Source: an uncultured Gammaproteobacteria bacterium
GTDB lineage: Bacteria > Pseudomonadota > Gammaproteobacteria > CAWCPV01
Assembly: GCA_963797555.1 (NCBI GenBank)
Contig: CAWCPV010000014.1
Coordinates: forward strand, 469,774 to 533,773
Direction of reading: 5' to 3'
DNA length: 64,000 bases
Made by a program: the position numbers and the translations under genes. This document shows positions 60,467 through 64,000 of the stretch, piece by piece (the first letter of the stretch is position 1; each line of letters opens with the position of its first letter). The notes beneath the pieces were generated by a model. That model saw nothing but the letters and a program-made list of their open reading frames with translations. It did no database searches and was not told where the DNA came from.

Positions 60467-61498
60467 TCAAGGCATGATCGGCAGTCCCGCAAGTCCCGTG
60501 GTCTCTTTCAAACCGAACATGATGTTCATGGCCTGCACCGCTTGCCCGGCTGCCCCCTTCACCAAATTATCGATGACCGAGAGCACGACGACCATGTCGC
60601 CAGCCTGCGGTCGGTGTACCGCGATGCGGCACACATTGGCGCCGCGCACGCTGCGTGTGTCGGGGTGACTGCCCGGCGGCAGCACGTCCACGAACGGCTC
60701 GGCGGCAAATCGCTGTTCGTACAGGCGCTGCAGATCTACGTCGTAGTTCCGCAGCTTGGCGTACAGCGTCGCGTGAATCCCGCGGATCATCGGCGCGAGG
60801 TGGGGCACAAACGTCAGCCCCACGGAGCCGCCGACGATTCCCTGCAAACCCTGCCGAATCTCCGGCAGATGGCGGTGTCCAGCCACGGCATAGGCCTTGA
60901 GGCTATCGCTCGCCTCGGCGAAGAGCGCGCTCATCGTCGCCTTTCGGCCTGCACCGCTCACGCCGGACTTCGCATCGGCAACCAAGTGCATGACATCGAC
61001 GACCCCCGTCTCGAGCAGCGGCAGGAACCCTAGCTGCACCGCCGTTGGGTAGCAGCCGGGCACCGCCACGAGGCGCGCGCCGCGAATGGCCTCTCGCTTG
61101 ATCTCGGGGAGCCCGTATACCGCCTCGACCAATAGCTCGGGGCAGCTATGCTCCAGCCCGTACCAGTCCATCCATTCCGCGGGATCCCGCAGCCGGAAGT
61201 CCGGACCCAGATCGATCACCCGGACCCCGGAGGAGAGCAGTTGCGGCGCCATGCCCATCGCAACCCCGTGGGGCGTCGCGAACAGTACCACGTCGCAACG
61301 CGCCAGGGCGGCGGGGTCCGGACCGGTGAAGCGAAGAGCCAACCATCCACGCAGGCTCGGGAACAGATCCGCAACCGCCTGACCCGCCTCGGCCCGAGAC
61401 GTGATTGCGACGATCTCGACATCGGGATGGCCTGCGAGGAGTCGCAGCAACTCGACCCCGGTGTAACCGGAGCCCCCGACAATGCCTGCGCGGATCAC
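60467..61498 (-). CDS. argC: N-acetyl-gamma-glutamyl-phosphate reductase
   Basis: [45 protein letters not shown]. Confidence 0.97.
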   Translation of the reverse strand: MIRAGIVGGSGYTGVELLRLLAGHPDVEIVAITSRAEAGQAVADLFPSLRGWLALRFTGPDPAALARCDVVLFATPHGVAMGMAPQLLSSGVRVIDLGPDFRLRDPAEWMDWYGLEHSCPELLVEAVYGLPEIKREAIRGARLVAVPGCYPTAVQLGFLPLLETGVVDVMHLVADAKSGVSGAGRKATMSALFAEASDSLKAYAVAGHRHLPEIRQGLQGIVGGSVGLTFVPHLAPMIRGIHATLYAKLRNYDVDLQRLYEQRFAAEPFVDVLPPGSHPDTRSVRGANVCRIAVHRPQAGDMVVVLSVIDNLVKGAAGQAVQAMNIMFGLKETTGLAGLPIMP

Positions 61499-61673
61499 TT
61501 GCTGTACCTCCCTGTCCTTGTCTCCAATACGCCAAACGCGGCTGCGCGTCGAGCACCACGCCTAAGCCAGTTTAACGCGCGGCTCCAACCTTCACCATCG
61601 ACGGCTCTATGCTGCCTCCCCTCGCCGCCCGGCCCCCCGGGTGCCCAGACCACAGGGCGGAGGTCCACGCGCC

Positions 61674-62804
61674 TCAGCCGCAAGGGCCTTCGGCCCGATG
61701 TCGTCGCTGCCCCCGTGCGCCCATCAGGCAAGCGGCGATATGTGCGGCGGCCTCATCTGCCCCGGTGACATCCACCGGATTCACGGGACCGGCCGCCAGC
61801 AACTGGTCCAGCTCGTCGAGGAAGGCGCCGCTATCGAGCTGCTGACGGCGAATCGCCACGCATCGTCCCCGGCCCTCCAACCAGCCGTTCAGATACGGCT
61901 CCTCCGGCCAATCTCCGCGAGGTACGTATAGCACCGGAATGCTGTTGCAGGCGGCCTCGGTAAAACTTCCGTAGCCGGGCTTGGTCACCAGGGCGTCGCA
62001 GCTAGCCAGCACGTCGATGAACGGCATGCCCAACTCCTCGATGGTGCAGGTATCCGACCTGGCCACTTCCCAGGCCGCCGCCACTACCCAACGCACGCCG
62101 GGCCGCGCCGGCCACGATTCCATCGGAGGCCGGAACGCCACGCCACCTGGAGCGACGAGCACCAGATGCTCCTTGGTAGCGATGCCCAGCAGACGTTCGA
62201 CGGCCTCGCGGCGGCGCCGTCCGCGGCGCGCAACAGGCCCAATCGAGGCCCGCCGGGGCAGATCCGGCATGGGCATGCTAGGCTCGGGTTGGAGGAAGAT
62301 GGCGGCACTCGCGTATGCCTCCCGCAGCTGACTCAGGATCGCGGAACCTTCCTCCCGGCCGGCGAAATAGTGCCCATAGATATCCGCCCAGTTCAGGGAG
62401 CACAGCGCGAGCGCCGGAATGCCGGCGCGAGCCGCAGCCGCCAGGGCGAGGTGTGGGATGTTGGCGAGAACAACGTCAGGCCTCAGGCCCTCCAGCCACG
62501 CTGCTTCGGCCGCGACTTTTTCCCCCCAGTTGTGGTGCAGTGCCCGGTAGGCACGCGCGCTCTCCTCTATGCGTACATCGAGGGCGGAGGCCATGCGCAT
62601 CCCGACGTCCTGGAACCCGCCGAGACGACGGAACCCCCCCTTGATGCGCGCCCCCAGCGCCGACGCCGGAAGGTCGGTCCGTATCGTCAGATCGAGATCG
62701 GGCAGCCGGCGCCGCAAGGCGTTCACCACCTCCGCGGTTTGCGCCAAGTGACCCAGCCCATGGTCGGACAATGCCACGAGCAACGAGGGCGCGCGAGTAC
62801 CCAC
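61674..62804 (-). CDS. GT-B fold glycosyltransferase-like protein
   Basis: SDHGLGHLAQ near the N-terminus, LNWADIY, DALVTKPGYGSFTEA, PRGDWPEE; start uncertain. Confidence 0.7.
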   Translation of the reverse strand: MGTRAPSLLVALSDHGLGHLAQTAEVVNALRRRLPDLDLTIRTDLPASALGARIKGGFRRLGGFQDVGMRMASALDVRIEESARAYRALHHNWGEKVAAEAAWLEGLRPDVVLANIPHLALAAAARAGIPALALCSLNWADIYGHYFAGREEGSAILSQLREAYASAAIFLQPEPSMPMPDLPRRASIGPVARRGRRRREAVERLLGIATKEHLVLVAPGGVAFRPPMESWPARPGVRWVVAAAWEVARSDTCTIEELGMPFIDVLASCDALVTKPGYGSFTEAACNSIPVLYVPRGDWPEEPYLNGWLEGRGRCVAIRRQQLDSGAFLDELDQLLAAGPVNPVDVTGADEAAAHIAACLMGARGQRRHRAEGPCG

Positions 62805-62821
62805 AGGCCCGCGGATTGAGC

Positions 62822-63865
62822 CTACCCAGTACGGACCGTCTGCGTCAGGGCTACGGCCTCCTCCGTCCAACGCGGATAGCGTTCCATGATGTAGCCCAAG
62901 CAGTCCTGGCGTATGGCCCGCTTGTCCACCGTGAACATGGACGGCACGAATGAGGAGCGAGTGCGGATTTCGCCGTCCCGGCAGCGGAAGTAGCGCTCCC
63001 CCAGCTCCCGTCCCTGCGCGTCGCAGACCAGCAGACGCGCTCCGCCGTCGCCTCCAACGCGACCGATGAAGGTGTCAGCCGGCAGCTCCGCAAAGTTCAT
63101 TCGGTCCAGGTCCGCCGCCAGGCAAAGGTCGGCATCGTCCTCTCCGAAGCCGAAGCTGACCTCGTCCGGAATCCGCACGGTCGCCACACTGTGGAACAGG
63201 TCCATGTCGTGTGCGGCGACCGCGTGCTCGGGAAAAGCCGTCAGACGCATACAGGCATCCAGATACTCGGCGGCATGCGCTGCACCCCATGGCTGGCCGG
63301 GGTGGCCGACCTCGACCGTCACCGCCGGACAGAGTGCCGCGAACGCGTCCGATTGGACCCCCAGCGGGCGGGTGAAATACACCACGGTACGACTGAACAA
63401 CACGGCGAGATGGAAGAACCTGTGGTCCAGCCGGTTGACGCAGGCGTAATGAGGGTTCGTTCCCGTATTGTTGTGGATGTCCACGCTCGCAAACACGCCG
63501 CGTCCGCGCATCTCATCCAGCACGCGTTCCAGCATCCGCTGCTCTGGGAGGGGCCCGGGCAGCCAGATTCGATTGTAATCCGGTTGCCCGTCGAGGCGTC
63601 GTAGCCCTTCTCGGGCTGCGGCCACGTTCCCGATGAACAGCGACAGCGCCCGCGGCAGGCCCTCGTCCAGGTGTCGGCGAAGGAGCGCCTGCACAGCCTC
63701 CAGTCCGCTCGTTTCGTTCCCGTGCAGGAGCACTGACACGAACAACGGCAAATCCTTGCGGCCCGGGAGGTGGATCAGCGTCGGTCCATTTAGCACCCGG
63801 TGCAGATCCCGGGCGCCGACCTCCAGCACCCCGCGGGGAAGATCTCCGCGTACGTCAAGGCGCAA
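62822..63865 (-). CDS. M14-like zinc carboxypeptidase / succinylglutamate desuccinylase-aspartoacylase family
   Basis: LHGNE Zn motif, DYNR, VDIHN, VTVE. Confidence 0.85.
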   Translation of the reverse strand: MRLDVRGDLPRGVLEVGARDLHRVLNGPTLIHLPGRKDLPLFVSVLLHGNETSGLEAVQALLRRHLDEGLPRALSLFIGNVAAAREGLRRLDGQPDYNRIWLPGPLPEQRMLERVLDEMRGRGVFASVDIHNNTGTNPHYACVNRLDHRFFHLAVLFSRTVVYFTRPLGVQSDAFAALCPAVTVEVGHPGQPWGAAHAAEYLDACMRLTAFPEHAVAAHDMDLFHSVATVRIPDEVSFGFGEDDADLCLAADLDRMNFAELPADTFIGRVGGDGGARLLVCDAQGRELGERYFRCRDGEIRTRSSFVPSMFTVDKRAIRQDCLGYIMERYPRWTEEAVALTQTVRTG

Positions 63866-64000
63866 CTAGATACTCCATTCGTGGACCGGCCGGCCGCTCC
63901 TCTGGTGGTCGGAATAGGCGCTCACCAGCGCCTGCATGTCCGGACCGTGACGGGCCACAAAGCCCCGCTGCCAGGCAGCACCGGTGTGCCCGGAACGCAG
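63866..64000 (-). CDS. C-terminus of a probable glutamate-cysteine ligase (GCS2-like) family protein, partial
   Basis: TGAAWQR...AY..HQRSGRPVHEW*; only 44 residues visible; stop abuts the peptidase start. Confidence 0.55.
   Translation of the reverse strand: MRSGHTGAAWQRGFVARHGPDMQALVSAYSDHQRSGRPVHEWSI

Overview
High-GC chromosomal segment of a gammaproteobacterium, most likely a sulfur oxidiser. It carries soxXYZAB without soxCD and a complete rrn operon (16S-tRNA-Ile-tRNA-Ala-23S-5S) on the minus strand. The core backbone is thrS-infC-rpmI-rplT-pheST-ihfA-merR-tRNA-Pro, ArsR-DUF2892-rhodanese-grxC-trxC-secB-gpsA, lptM-lysA-methyltransferase-dapF-xerC, thiL, tyrS, M23 peptidase-anmK, erpA and argC. 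It is peppered with IS elements and remnants (IS4/IS50-like, IS3, IS1380, IS5, IS630, IS66, IS110, IS1595), a three-copy MITE family and several single-base frameshifts. The most interesting accessory region lies just downstream of tRNA-Pro(GGG) (~4335-9300). It is a decayed phage/satellite remnant (capsid C-terminus, arm-like repeats) carrying a three-gene minus-strand operon: an uncharacterised 230-aa protein, a Xre/MbcA/ParS-type antitoxin with a long N-terminal extension, and a RES toxin. The first gene is only visible after removing an IS4 element with a perfect 9-bp target duplication. All product calls come from motif recognition by eye; no database searches were run.
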